NCBI GenBank assembly: GCA_023920165.1
Contig: CP089280.1
Location: forward strand, 2,170,001-2,234,000
DNA: 64,000 nucleotides
DNA from: Curvularia clavata
Taxonomy: Eukaryota
Reading direction: 5' to 3'
Below, one piece after another: positions 49,106-62,300 of the stretch. The notes below the pieces were generated by a model that saw only the letters and a list, made by a program, of their open reading frames with translations, did no database searches and was not told where the DNA came from. Numbering within the stretch: the first letter of the stretch is position 1; every line of letters begins with the position of its first letter. Position numbers and translations under genes: made by a program.

Positions 49106-49768
49106 AGCTACGAGAACGGGTATGCAGACTAGGATGGTATGAAGGAGCGAGCGCACAAGAGTAAACAGATTTGCTTTACTTCCAACACAGTCATTACATG
49201 CATAGTTTTCTTTTGAATGATTCATGATTTTACGTTGTGTCCAATCAATTTTGCTGGGAAGTTTTGATGAGTCATGAGTCATTGTCATGATAACTCTCAA
49301 AGCAATACGAAGCCTGTAGAATTACAGCCAGTCCCACCTCTCTTACATCATAACATCACGTGAGCATCGGCGCATCCTTCTGGAAGGTCACATGTGCACT
49401 CAGGGTCCCAGGATCGAAAAGTTCGAATATGTTCAATTTCTACCACAATCCTTAGCGATGCATAGGAAGGGGAGGCGCTATTTTTGCATCTGGATATTTA
49501 GATGCAGTGTTTGAAAGCGTTAAAAACAAGAGGAGATGTCCAGACCAGATTCCATCCAGTCAGATGACAAGGGCTAATTGCCCATAATGTAACAAGAAAA
49601 GAGACATGAATCGTTACACCTGCATTCTCCAAGCTTTGAGAATACAGCGAGAGAGGAGAGCGACTAAAAGAAGACGGTATAAATCCTTGCGCCTGCGCCG
49701 ATATCCATCCCAGAAGTCTGTCTCTTTTTGTCGTTTTGGTAAACGCCGTACAATAAATATCACAAGGT

Positions 49769-49996
49769 TCAATTGGCTACTCTCCGCGCTGCCTCGCCTG
49801 GTCTTTGCGATGCAAGCATTTGTGACATGGACTGTTGCGAAGCGGCATATCTTGGGCTGAGAGGCGAGGACATGGACGATCTCCGTGCTGCTGAGGTGGC
49901 AGAGGTTGTGATGGAGATAGCAGAGGGCGCAGACGAGGACGAAGTTGCTGTCTTGAGGAAGACGCGGGCAGGTGGGAATTGGCTGATTGGCGGCAT
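49769..49996 (-). CDS. Small 75-aa Ser-rich orphan protein
   Basis: ATG in ATCATG context, C/A-rich leader, TATA-like element (CATATAAAG) at about 50243-50251. No recognisable domain. Confidence 0.5.
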   Translation of the reverse strand: MPPISQFPPARVFLKTATSSSSAPSAISITTSATSAARRSSMSSPLSPRYAASQQSMSQMLASQRPGEAARRVAN

Positions 49997-52501
49997 GATG
50001 TGGATGTGGATGTAGATGAGGCTGAGGACTTGTATGTGCTTGTAGAGTTGTGCTTTTGCGAGAGTCGGCTTTATACAGGCAGATGCGGGATTAATGTGAC
50101 TGTTGTTCAAGGCTCGAGACGATGTGGTTCTATGGATGCGAGCGATATAGCGGTCTCGAATCGGTTGAGACGATGGTGGTACTGTGTAGATGGTGTAGAG
50201 TGGTGTGAGAAACTAAAAAGCAACGTACCAGGGCGCCGGCCGACTTTATATGGCCGTGATGCATCTTGACTCACCTCACCACCCAGACATAGCCCTGGAT
50301 CCACCCCGACACCGATGCACCCAAAGTGTTTCCGCATCCTCGGCGCAAAGCCCGCGTCAGTCACGAGCCGGCGCCCCGGTTCTGGCGCCCATGCGCACCG
50401 GACGGGCGAGCCATGACATGTGATGTGAAGGCCACACCGTTTGGAGTCACCCCACATGCAACCCACCACGCCTTACACACCACACAATGTCCACTCTTCC
50501 GCTGCGCCGCCCGCCGCCTTGCGCCCCCGTGTCCCACAGGCTGTTGTGACATAGTGCGATCGACAGAGGCAAACCCATCGCGCACGCCAGTCCAAAGTGC
50601 GGATCCAATCGGCGGATCATCTTCGTCGAATAGCAACTTTATCGACCAGTCTGGTGTATATTTCCCCTCTTCTCTCTGTTTCCCCGGGAAATTAGCGCGA
50701 CCAAGACACATATCCGGCTGAGCGAGGGCATTCCGGTGTGGAGTGCGCGACTTTTTGGCCCTTTTCCGCTTCGACGTTTCCCCGGTGGCTTCATGCTGAA
50801 ACTGATCTAGCTCCCGCTACCCTGGTTCTCTCGTAAAAGGCGATGCGAATGTGTATGTGCGTGTGCCATTTACACACCCACCAGCCTATAACCCGCGTTG
50901 CGGCCCTGCATGTGGAACCAATCTCTTGCTTCTGCCTTACACACACCCATCAGCATCGCCTCGCTCATAGGACCTCGACATGACACAGATACAGCACATG
51001 CATTTCTCACCGCCGATGCCACAGAATGCGCGCGCGCGTGCCCGTGTATGCGTATGCGTATGCAAATCTGTGTAATGCGACTACGCAGGGAAGGGAGGCA
51101 AACCGATCATCTTGGGGCCTAAAACCATGCTGCAACACCATTCATTGCATTTCCACCCAAAAAGAAAGCAGAAAGCTGTTACAGTCGACATTTGTCCCCC
51201 ACAATTCCCCCGTTACACATCGCTACCCGTGCTTGCGTACTCAGTCTCACATGCGAATACAGATCACATCCATAGTATACAAGACGTATACACACACACA
51301 TACCTGCCTACGCCCCAAACACCCCTTTTAGCATCCGGCCAAGCAAAGCCAAGCTTCTCCACTGTAGCGCTGACCCTAAAGGCGATTAGATGATGAAGCT
51401 GTTACTGTGAGAGCCTCGTGTCTTTGCTGTGGGGGTGACAGTGAACGAGCCAGCTGGGGAACACTGCCCCCCACCCTGTGCGACATCAACATTGACATAG
51501 ATAAGGGCTTTATATAGTAAATTATTTTACAGTAAAATGTATACTATACACCATATAACTACGTATACTAGTATACCATCTATTCATAACACTCGCACCC
51601 AAACTCCCCTTCCCTCTCCTTCTCCACTCCCTCCTTGCGCAACATGTGAATGCGCGTCCTTATCTTCAAGTACGTCCATGCGCGCGGTATACAAGCTACA
51701 CAGATGTTTTAAACTCCGTTTTGCGCTGTGTTTTAAGCTCCTCTGCCAAGCTCCGCTCCGCTTCGCGTGCTTGATTGGGTTGGCGCCCCCGAGGGCATGG
51801 TAGAGTAATACATGCACAAACACAGACACACGCGGGTAGCGTTGCTGTTCTGGTGCCCGAGTCGTGGATAGGAGTACTTGGTTCACATGGCGCCCGTGTG
51901 TCCTGTCAGAGAGAGACTAAAATGTGTGATGCGAAGTGGGGGTGGCACAAGGCGTCTATTCGTGTATTGCGTGGGTTGCGGAATGCAGTATGACGGTGTA
52001 GATCGAGATCAAGACCAGAGCTGTTTACTTTCTATCTACACCTACGTAAATAATGGATGGGAGAGCAATCTAACAGTGCTGTACCATACATACATGGCTG
52101 TCGTAGAGGGCTTGGATGCAGCAAAAACAAAACAATAGCATCGCATACTCGAGGGTGTAGTGGGAGCCAACCATAACTGACTGCATAAGAACCAGTGGGA
52201 AACCTTCCGTCTGTAGCGCTACAATCCAAAACTTTCACATGTGAATTCATCTTGCGTTGCGCATCGCATTACTTTTTCCAATGTACAGAGCTAGCCAAAA
52301 GTTTTCCAGCGATTACATCCAATTCGTCAAACAACATCATCCTCCCCGCGACATGCGACAAGAACGTCTCTCTAGCGCAACATCTGTTTACAAAGCCCCC
52401 AAAAGTGGATATACTATTCCAAGCATAAGTCGTATCGGCATGCCGTCACACGTGCATGGCATGAATATCCAAGCCTTTTGTCTCTTGGCTACTACATTGC
52501 T

Positions 52502-53438
52502 CTAGGCCTTGGTCTTGGCCTTGGGAGTTCCGCTGCGGACGCGTTTCGCCTCGGGTCGCTGAAGGTGAGACGCGGGAATCCAGCTTTCGTCGTAAGCCTT
52601 TGCTCCAGAAGTGACGGCGGGACCATCGGCGCCAACTACCGCAACCTGGTCGGCAGGGTCCACCTTCTTGCTCTGGCCTGAAGACATCCTGGCGCGCTCA
52701 CCACCCTTGCCGTGGCCCTTCTTTTGAGGGAAGAAGGTGCTGATCCAGGTGTTGTAGATGAAGTAGACAGTTCCGCCAAAGGCGCTGAGGACGACAAGGT
52801 AAAGGAAGAGGCTGAGTAGAAGTCAGTCACAGTACCGTACCGGGGGTGTTGTGGAACTTACATCTGAGGGTCAAAGACGCTGTTGGGAGCCTCGACAATG
52901 CTGACCGTCTCGTTATAAGCAGGAACCGTGAAGAGAACGTTGTCGGCATTCTTCAGTACAGCGACAAGCTCCAAGCGCAGGTTCTGGGGGTGCATGTCGG
53001 TTGTGAAGCTGTAGGGAACTGTCTCCTCAGCGCCAGCAGGGATCTCGATCGAGTAGCGTTTAGCCGTGAGGTTGCGAATAATCTGCGACTGTCCAGAGAC
53101 CTCCTTAACAAGCGAGCCACCAACAATGCTCACGCCAATGGGCGCGGGCTCGTTGTTGGTGACGGAAAGGCGCGCCTCGGTGGCATGGCCATTGACCACC
53201 TTTACGCCAAAGATCTCAGACTGCGGGAACGACACGGACACAGCGACATTGAGATTGGGCGTCTGCGGCTCCTTCACTTGCTCTTGAACCTTCTCAGCCT
53301 GCGCGTTGGTGGTTAGCCATCTGATGTCATCCATCATCACACATCGTCATCGCGGGTCGAACTCACCTCTGCCTCTGCAAAGACGCTCAGCGCGCGCAGA
53401 GAGAGCACGAGAACGGAAGAGAATCGCCAATTGACCAT
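52502..53438 (-). CDS. IRC22: TRAP-alpha-like ER membrane protein (Irc22), two introns
   Basis: Signal peptide; IRNLTAKRY, YNETVSIVEAP.S.FDPQ followed by a TM segment; YDESWIPASH; basic C-terminus. Confidence 0.88.
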
Positions 53439-53888
53439 GATGAGGGCGCTGCAGAAAAATGGGATGATAAGAATGGAGGAGAGGGGCGTGGGAAGAAGGA
53501 TGGGGGAATTCGAACGTGGCTTCTGGCGAGTGACGTCCGGGCGCCGTTTGGTCTTGGCGAACGTAAGGATAACCGCGGCAGCGGGACGACGTTAGACTGA
53601 CAAGGGGGCCACAACCACGGTAATTCTACACGCGACATCATCATGCTCTACGGGTGCCGTATTGTTCAAACAGACGAACTGTATGACATGACGGTTTCCG
53701 CCTAGCGGCGTTGGGTCTTTGTGACTATACGCTACAACGCAATACACAGGCCATTCACATAAGTTATAGACACAACTGTATCAGGATTACGCCTTTTACC
53801 AGCACAAGGATGAAGAAGGCAAGCAAAAGTTCTTTCCAGTAGCTGTTATCTGTCTCTCTCCACTACCATCTAGACAAACAAATCCCAC

Positions 53889-54941
53889 TCACTCCTTTTT
53901 CCACTCAAGGAACTCCTCTTCCAAATGCGCCTTGAGTGCGGCAAACTTGTTCTTAAAATTCTGCCCGCACCGCCAGCACTTCATGTCCCAGCTGGGCCAG
54001 TCGCCCGGATGAAATCTTTCGCTGCCAGCCTCCAGCGGAAACTCGTCCAAGCGGACTAGGAAGCTCGTGTTGAAACTTAGGTAGTGCTTTTTGTGCTTCA
54101 TCCACGGTGAGTGCATGTCGCGGCTGAAGACGTGAATGTGCAAGTGGTTCATGGACGGGTGCGTGTGTACGCCTGTGATGATGTCCTTGGTCCAGTCGCG
54201 GCCGGGAGGTAGGAGGGCGGCGCGCTGCGAGGGCGAAGGCGGGTCCGCGGTTGACATGAGGGCTTCCAGGGCGGCATTGTACGGTGCGTCTGAGGCGCTG
54301 TGCTCGCCATACTGACGGCGCAGTTCGTACGCTGCGAGGTCTACAAGGCGCTTGATGCGGCTTCTTACTGTCTCCAAAAAGGCTGGGTCGGTCGATAGAG
54401 CATGCAGGGGGTGTTGGGTGTAGTAAGTGCGCTTTCGCGGGATGAGGAGGAGATGGACGCTACATTGTGATTCAGTACCTCATTCTTTCTTTCTTCTTGT
54501 ATCTGTAACAGAGCGGGTCTTTTCAGAACGGACCTTGCTTTTGGGTACTTGTCAGTTATCACGACAAAGTCGTCGTCATATTCTAGCACTCTTCCCTCTG
54601 GATTCTTCTCAGGAGCGTCGATGTATACACCTAGGCCGTCACGTGGATCCCAGCCTTTTGAAGATGTACTGACCTTCTTCGACATCCCTGGGGAGTCGGA
54701 GGCAGGCACTGGCGTTTTTGGTTTCTTGGACTGCGACATGAGTTCTGTGACTGTGATGTAAGTTGAGGTTATTTAGTGGATTGAATGTAATAGGCAGGAA
54801 CATACATGCATTGGGGCGCTTCTGAGAAGCGCTCTCTGTGGAAGATGGGGGCTGATTGGGTTGCTCCGTCCCCATTGTTTCCTCTGCAGTGAGAGCCTTG
54901 TGGGGTTGCGTGCTGGAGTCATGGGAGTTGTCGGGAGACAT
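53889..54941 (-). CDS. HNT3: Aprataxin-like protein (HIT domain + C2HE zinc finger), spliced
   Basis: DKYPKA, GVHTHPSMNHLHIHV, KHKKHYLSF, CWRCGQNFKNKFAALKAHLEEEF. Confidence 0.92.
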
Positions 54942-55912
54942 GACTACTCAAACCATGAATCAACTAGAAAAGTCTGGAAGCACTGTAGTTTGCTTTTTGA
55001 CCAAAATCAGATGATCAAAGCTGTACCAGGGGAGATGGGTCGTTCAGTTAAGCAACCAACATGCGAGGTCAAACGGCAAGCCGTCTTTTGTGGATGGCCT
55101 GCTTTGGCTAGGCTTCAAGATCAGGCTCTAGCTGAATTTAGTTAGGTTAGGTACAGCTTGCGTCAGGAATACATAAAGCGTTATGGGTGGAGAGCCCTGA
55201 TAAACAAGTCTGCATGCGCCTATTGTACAGAAGAAGTAGATAAATGAAAAGGTAGAAAGTTGAATTTAAGTCCCCAATTATATCTCCCGCCTGCTCAGCT
55301 GAGAAACCAGTCACATGAAGTTTTGTCACGTGACCTTGCAGTAAACCCGATGGCTGCAGCCCTCCACAAGCGTATGTTTTTGATAGTCCTTATAGCCTTC
55401 TTGGAGTTGTCGGACTAGACTAAAAATCAGAGTGACAGAATGTTCGTACTCTCTGTACAGTATAAATTCTGGTAGCAGTTGCCCTACTCGAGGCAATGGT
55501 TGCATGGTAATGCCTGCTACATGTTCTTATTCCCTTTCTCAATCCACTCGCCGAAATTGAGTTAAAACACCGGTTCACCGAGTAACATACTCTCCTTTCT
55601 TTTAGTTTTACGATGCACCGCTACAGCATCCCTGGGGAGATTGCATCCAAGGAGATAACTGCTTTGGTATACACCAAGAAAGCGCCGACCCTGTTCAAGA
55701 TATTCTCCAAGCTGTGGCAGTATAACCGCGGCACGGTCAAAGGAGATCGGGTTGACGCCACACTGGGAGGGCAGATCTGACAACACCAAGCATATCCTTT
55801 GCTTCACGCACAGCTAGTTGTTCGGCGCGACAATAATGCCAGGGCTCTCTCATCGCGAGCCTACTAAGTATGAAGCATCATCTGCTGACCCTACGACGGC
55901 CTCATGTTGGTT

Positions 55913-56791
55913 CTACCACTCACCCCACCACTTACAGCGAGTTTTTTCCATTTCAAGTTCATTAGGGTAAGGGCCCAGCAGTGACATCAGAATACTTTGC
56001 CATTCAGTTCTAGCCAGGTTTCCACGCCACGCTGAAGTGTATTCCCAATATGGGGGATACCACCCAGAAAATTCCCAATCGATAATTCCGACTATCTCAT
56101 GACCACGGACTAAAATATTGAATGGATTCAGATCACAATGTGTGAAAACTGGGTTAGGCCACGGCCCGTCCTGTTGGGTGATCATGCTTTCGACTTCACG
56201 GGCTTCTTGATCAGTGACATGGGCGCCTCTCTGTCCTAATTCAAGGCCATTCCTAAGCCAGCGATGGAATTCCTGAGCAGTCTTAAAAGGACCAAAGCGT
56301 GGGTTACCGTGCGGTAAGCGAGAATCACACAAGGAGCCACCAGTACAGCTCTCGACTCCCGTATGAGGTGGCGGCTGCAGTGACCGGAGCTCTTGTATTA
56401 TCCTCTTTAACTGCAAGAGGATTTTCTGAAGATCGTCCTTGGATAGATTCCGCCAAGCAGTTGCCAAATCCTGACCTTGAATCCGCTCCATAACGATATA
56501 TGCTCTTTTCTTGTGGAGAAACGAGCAATAAACTTTGGGAACTGGAATCGAGGTATGGTCGGCGACATATTTCATCGTAGCAGCCTCCATCATGTGCACT
56601 GAATATCCGCTTTTGATTACCTTATGCCTGGAAATTGGTACACAGGTCCCGTCGCGTTTAAAGAACCTCGCTGTTGTATGGAGTGCTATCTGAGCTAGTA
56701 AACGACGTACGTGTGTATTGTTGATCGATAAGGCTTCGCTGCCTTCGTGTTGGGATTCGTAGATGGCAAGATCAGACTGCAAATTTGGCAT
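55913..56791 (-). CDS. APH/choline-kinase-like phosphotransferase
   Basis: EAATMKYVA..TSIPVPKV, IVMERIQG, FTHCDLNPFNILV, GIIDWEFSGWYP.YWEY. Confidence 0.92.
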   Translation of the reverse strand: MPNLQSDLAIYESQHEGSEALSINNTHVRRLLAQIALHTTARFFKRDGTCVPISRHKVIKSGYSVHMMEAATMKYVADHTSIPVPKVYCSFLHKKRAYIVMERIQGQDLATAWRNLSKDDLQKILLQLKRIIQELRSLQPPPHTGVESCTGGSLCDSRLPHGNPRFGPFKTAQEFHRWLRNGLELGQRGAHVTDQEAREVESMITQQDGPWPNPVFTHCDLNPFNILVRGHEIVGIIDWEFSGWYPPYWEYTSAWRGNLARTEWQSILMSLLGPYPNELEMEKTRCKWWGEW

Positions 56792-56923
56792 CACGAATAC
56801 AATCCCGGTCACTTTGTTGGAGAGGAGAATATGGCTGCAGCAGACGATGCGAATTGTTAGTTGGTGAAGGCGATTGCCCGACACGCGCATGCGATGCGTC
56901 TCAAAACTGATGGTCCAAGCGTA

Positions 56924-59064
56924 ACGTATGTGGTCAGTGCGTGCAACGGGTCAGACAATGCAACACCCCCACCACCATGTCCACCCACCAAAAATGAGGC
57001 TGTAGACGCCCACACAAAAGCTATTATCACGAGAATTTCTGGTGGAGTAGTCTAAATATACTAAATATCAATGCTATCTACTTAAATTTCTTTGGCAGTT
57101 TAATATTGCGGCCGCGCGTGGTAGTTTTGGTAATAGGCTGCGCACCTGACGATGCAGATACACCACTACTTTGACTGCCTGTATTACCACCACCACTTAA
57201 CTTTTTTAGATTTTGCTTAGATGAAGCTTTTTGTCTAGGTTTACTTTGCTTATTGTAAGCTTTTTTTGAAGTTGCAGCTATGCGATCGCGAGCTTTCTTA
57301 AGGCGTCTTGCCTGGAGTTCTTTAGCCTTGATTTCTCTCTCTTACTGCCTCGCTATTTTCTTCAACTCCCGTGACGTCCTTGCCTCTTCTATTAATTTTT
57401 TTCGCAGGGCTGTATTAGCAGCTTTCTTTTGTTGTTGCTCTTTTTTTTAGAGTTTATCTAGCTCTTCTTGGTGTTTTTGTTGACGTTCTTGAGCTCTGGC
57501 TTTCTGTACCGTGCTAGGACTCTACACTACCGCTGGAGTGTAATACTCTTTATATTGCTGGAGTTCTAGAGTCTTCTTATGCTTCTTTGGACGATTTTTG
57601 GTAGTAATAACTTTACGTAGTTGGTTGTTTTTGAAGTGTAAAAGCTTGTTGGCTACCTAGAGTGAAGCTATAGTGTTTTTTACGGTAGAGACTATAACTT
57701 TTGTATAATCTAATATAGTATTATCTAGAAAATTGGATAGCTGTCTTGCTATATCTCTATTACCATACTCTCTAAGTTCTGTATATATATCTTGTTATGG
57801 TGTTAAGCTTTTGAGATGTTTAAGAACGGTATTGGTATCTCGCGGATGAACGCCAGTAGCTGTAAAACTACTCAGTATCTTACTGGACGTGAAGGCGTGT
57901 GTCTATGCCGCCTAAAATAACTATAAAAAGTTACTTTTATGCATTTCCGCCAAGCCTTAACTCTGCTAAGAAAGATTATTGAGTTCTGCAGTGTACGTAC
58001 TGGAGAGAGGCTTGAATATGCCAACGTCGAGTGGCTGGAGTTGGTGGGAGGAGTGAGGGGGGAGCACGACAAGTAGTATCCTGTGGGAGTTGTAGAAATT
58101 AATAAAACTTGGAGTAGTATGGCTGCTATGACTGTTAAGGAGTAGCAACTGGTAGTTACGCTTTGCTTTGTTTTTAGTTTGGCGGTGGAATACCTGCTTA
58201 AGCTAAGATAATTTTAGGCTGTCGTTGCTCCAGCCTGACTTACTGGTAGTAAAAAATATCTAGTGTTGGGATGGATTTAGGTGCTCTAGCTAGCTGTCTT
58301 GAAGTCTATATTTGCCTTTAAAGATTACTATAGGGTCTATTTAGCTTCTATCCGTATAAATATAGTCTAAAGTTGTTATCTACTCTCTACTACTATTTCT
58401 GATAGCTGCTGTGACTTTCTTTTTATTCTAGAGTCTCTTTGAAAATACTTTTTTTGTTCTGGAAGTTACTTTAAGTAGGAACCCCTTTTTATCTATATTA
58501 TAGATATTCTGTAGCTGGATTTTATATTTTTTGAGGTAATTGTAAAGGAGATGTAAGTAGTTACGATAATCTTTAAAGTTGTTAGCTTTATTACGGACCT
58601 GATCGATGCCGGCGGTGTTTCTGGAGATAATCTTCTCTCTATTCCGCTGTAGAAATCTTGTAATCTAGCTCTCTGAAGGCTCCTATGGGGCGATAGTGGC
58701 AATATATTTTTTAATTATCTCTCGCGAAGGTGGTATATAAAGCTTGGAGAGTTTTTCTATATGTTTAATAAGATATTTCTCTTGTTGTGGGGTGAGTAGC
58801 CGTCGTCGTTCTGTGAAGGCTGCACGCGACCGCGTTTTGTTTTGGTGCCTACGCGTTGATGTTGACGGCGTAATACTAAAGTTTTTTGTAACTTTATGGT
58901 ACGAGATTTGTTCTTCTAGATCTTGCGAATCGATTACCGTAAGCGCTTTTTTGATAGCAGTCATAGTGGTGGAGTTATGGGGGTTTGAAAGTGGTGGGTT
59001 CAATACTTGGAGATGCAGGGGGTGTTGCATTGTCTGACCCGTTGCACGCACTGACCACATACGT
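56924..59064 (-). mobile_element. Tc1/mariner superfamily pogo/Fot1-like DNA transposon, 2141 bp, RIP-inactivated
   Basis: Perfect 47-bp TIRs (56924-56970 and 59018-59064) starting ACGT; TA target-site duplication at 56922-56923 and 59065-59066; decayed DDE_1 transposase inside. Confidence 0.96.
57200..58964 (-). pseudogene. RIP-mutated pogo-type transposase (HTH_psq/CENP-B + DDE_1)
   Basis: MTAIKKAL..STSTRRH, LLTPQQEKYL, LLLNSHSSH, LPPHSSHQLQPLDVGIFKPL; many TAG/TAA stops at Trp positions. 3' end approximate. Confidence 0.92.
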
Positions 59065-59355
59065 TACCTACCGAGGCATCCCTGCAACCATCGGAATTTC
59101 GGATTGCGTGCAACATCCAAGTGACTCGCTGCTGAAGTTGAAATGGCTACAACACACTACGCCATCGCTCACACTCAGAGCAGGTTTCCAAGGAACTTGT
59201 GGGACACTGCTGGCGATTGAGCATTCCCACTAGCGCCAGCGCCCTTCCCCGCCTCCACACATACGAGACATCTTTGTCCATTACTCACCTTCCGAACCAC
59301 ACACTTGTGTCCATGGAGAGTGCCAGACACGACAACCTCTTCGTGTTCCGATATC

Positions 59356-62300
59356 ATGCCGAAAAACGCACACCCACCGCGCGGTAAACCTGCCAAGAAA
59401 TCAGTGCCGCCTGAGGAGGACACAAGCTTCATCGTGTTTGGCGACGGGAAAGCCAAGAAGAAAAAGGGCGAAAGCTCCGGTGGAGACGCAGCGCCAAGTG
59501 GGAGCAAAGGAAAAGGCAAAGGAGGAGCAGCAACACCAACCGAAGATGCGCCAAAAAGGCCAGATACTAGAACCTTAATTGCGGGTGCCTCATGGACTGG
59601 GAAACTGCCCGTCAATCTATTGTCTGAACATTTTCAGAAGCAGCAGTGGAGTAAACCTGATTATCGCATTGTAGGGAAACTTGTCCAAGTTTGGCTATAT
59701 CAGCGCTGATGGTTCGCAGCGCAAGGATGGCGACAAGCACTTTGCCTATGCTGTGGTGTTATCCAAAGTGAACCCAAAGACACGAGAGACGACGACTCTG
59801 CCACCGATCAAGATTCCCGCCGAGCTTGAGGAGCAAGCACACCAGCCTACCGCTGTTGAAGCCCGTAACTTTGCTGCTGCATATGCCCTCTTTCGCGTCG
59901 CCAGCGCCAAGAATCTACACATGATGCTTCCGCCCACCTACAAAGATTTGTGGAAAGGACAATTCACGGAGCTGAAGAAGAGGGATGAACAAGAAGGAAA
60001 AGGGTGGATGTATGAGGCTGACCCATTCTTTGGCTTTGCAGAGCGAGAAAAGGCCAGGGAAACAGCAGCCAAGGCTCGAGAGAAGAAGCAGAGAGAACAG
60101 GCAGAAGCCCAAAAGGCCCACAACCAACAGCCAGGTGCGGTCATGCCTGGAGCATCGAAGGAGTCTGCTCCAAGTAGGAACTTGATGAAAGGTTGGGAAC
60201 GTGTGCCAAAGATTGAGTTGGGAAAGCGAACAAGGAAAGAAGCAGAGCGCCTGATACGCCGCGATGCACTCTGGAACCCCAACGGCGTCGAGCTAGACAC
60301 ATCTACCAAGGCCAGACTGGTGGAGGAAATTACTGAGCTTGGGTTTCGAAAAAGCCACGTTGAAGAAGCAGCCGAAATCTGCAAAGACCGCGAAGAAATC
60401 ATCGAGTGGCTTCTCATTCACGTACCAGAGGACGATCTTCCATCTTGGTCCTTACCTGAGGGTTATGTCGCTGGTGTTAGTATGGCCAGCTCCAACCTCA
60501 AGCGTGAAGGGGCTGTAAAGCGTCTTGCAGCTGCTGGATACTCTGTAGATCTGTGCGAGGAAGCATACGATAGCCAAGGTGGCGATGAAAGAAAGGCTGC
60601 TGCTCTTTTGCAAGCTCGCCTTCTTCGGCCGGATGATGATGACAACACCATTGCGCAAGAATTGGCAGACCTATCACTAATAGATAGCACACCAGAGGAG
60701 GCACCAGAAGATGATCCTTGGGAAGTGGAAATGTCATCGCTCGAAGCGATATATGATCGTCTCTTCTCACGACCTACTCCGGAAGCGTGCCGCATCGAAC
60801 TCGACGTCAAGCAACAAGGAAAACGACTTATCTTACAAGTCAGAAAGCCTTTTGGCCCATACCCCGCTGTTGTACCCATAATCACTTTCGAAGCAGCTAT
60901 TCCAGCCTACATCCGCTTGAGCATCATCAGACAAGCCCTTCTAAATGCTGAATCCAACTTCATTGGCATGCCCATGATATATGATATTGTGGACTGGATC
61001 CAAACGAATGCTGGCAACATCTTCCAAAACCCAGGAAGATTATCAGACGTGTCTTCTGGTCTTGCAGCGGCGGATCATGCTTCCGAGCAACAAAGTCAAA
61101 AACGAAAAACAAAGGGAAGGCCCCGTAAACCGATTGATTGGACGCCGGCGACTCCTCCGAGCGAAAGTGTACTGGCTGCCTGGAGAGCTAAGCAGGACAC
61201 CCCAGCTCAACAAAAGATGATGGATGTTCGAAAATCGCTGCCGGCTTGGCGCCTCAGAGAAGATATTGTGCACACTGTCAACCGTTGCAATGTCACGATC
61301 ATCTCTGGCGAGACCGGTTCAGGAAAATCAACCCAGTCAGTTCAATTTGTCTTGGACGACTTGATACAGAGACAGCTCGGTGCTGTAGCGAACATCATCT
61401 GCACACAACCTCGTCGAATCTCTGCTCTCGGTCTTGCTGATCGTGTCGCCGATGAGCGCTGTTCTCAGGTCGGCGATGAGATTGGTTATACTATTCGTGG
61501 AGAGTCGAAACAGAAGCCTGGTACTACGAAGATCACATTCGTTACCACTGGCGTGCTGCTGAGACGGCTTCAAACTTCAGGCGGAAACGCTGACGATGTT
61601 GTTGCTGCGCTAGCGGACGTCAGCCATGTTGTCGTGGATGAGGTACACGAGCGCAGTCTAGATACTGATTTCTTGCTGGTTCTGCTCCGACAGATCTTGC
61701 GGAAACGCAAAGATCTCAAGGTAATCCTGATGAGTGCCACACTTGATGCCGCCATTTTTGAAGCCTATTTCAAAGATGTAGGACCCGTGGGTCGTGTTGA
61801 GATTGAAGGTCGTACCCACCCGGTAACTGACTACTACCTTGATGATATCCTTCACTTTACAGGGTTCAAAGGCTATGCTATGGGCGAGGAAGAGGACTCT
61901 GGAGACAAATCTTTCTCTGCAAACCTTCGCAGCATCGGATTTGGTATCAACTATGACCTCATTGCGGAAACAGTACGCCACATCGACCATCAGCTCGGAT
62001 CTAAGGATGGCGGCATTTTGATCTTCCTGCCTGGTACCATGGAGATAGATCGAACACTTCAGGCACTAAGCCAGTTTGCTAATCTGCATGCGCTGCCGCT
62101 TCACGCATCGCTTCTTCCGGTTGAACAGAAACGCGTGTTTCCTCCTGCGCCTCATGGCAAACGAAAGGTCATTGCATGTACCAACGTTGCTGAAACATCT
62201 ATTACGATTGAAGATATCGTCGCTGTCATTGATACTGGCAGAGTTAAAGAAACAAGCTACGACCCACAGAACAACATGGTCCGTCTAGCTGAGACGTGGG

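Noticed and set aside
53495..53580. GTTCGAAT T-loop-like motif on the minus strand
   Set aside because: No T-stem pairing or cloverleaf; it lies in the IRC22 leader/promoter.
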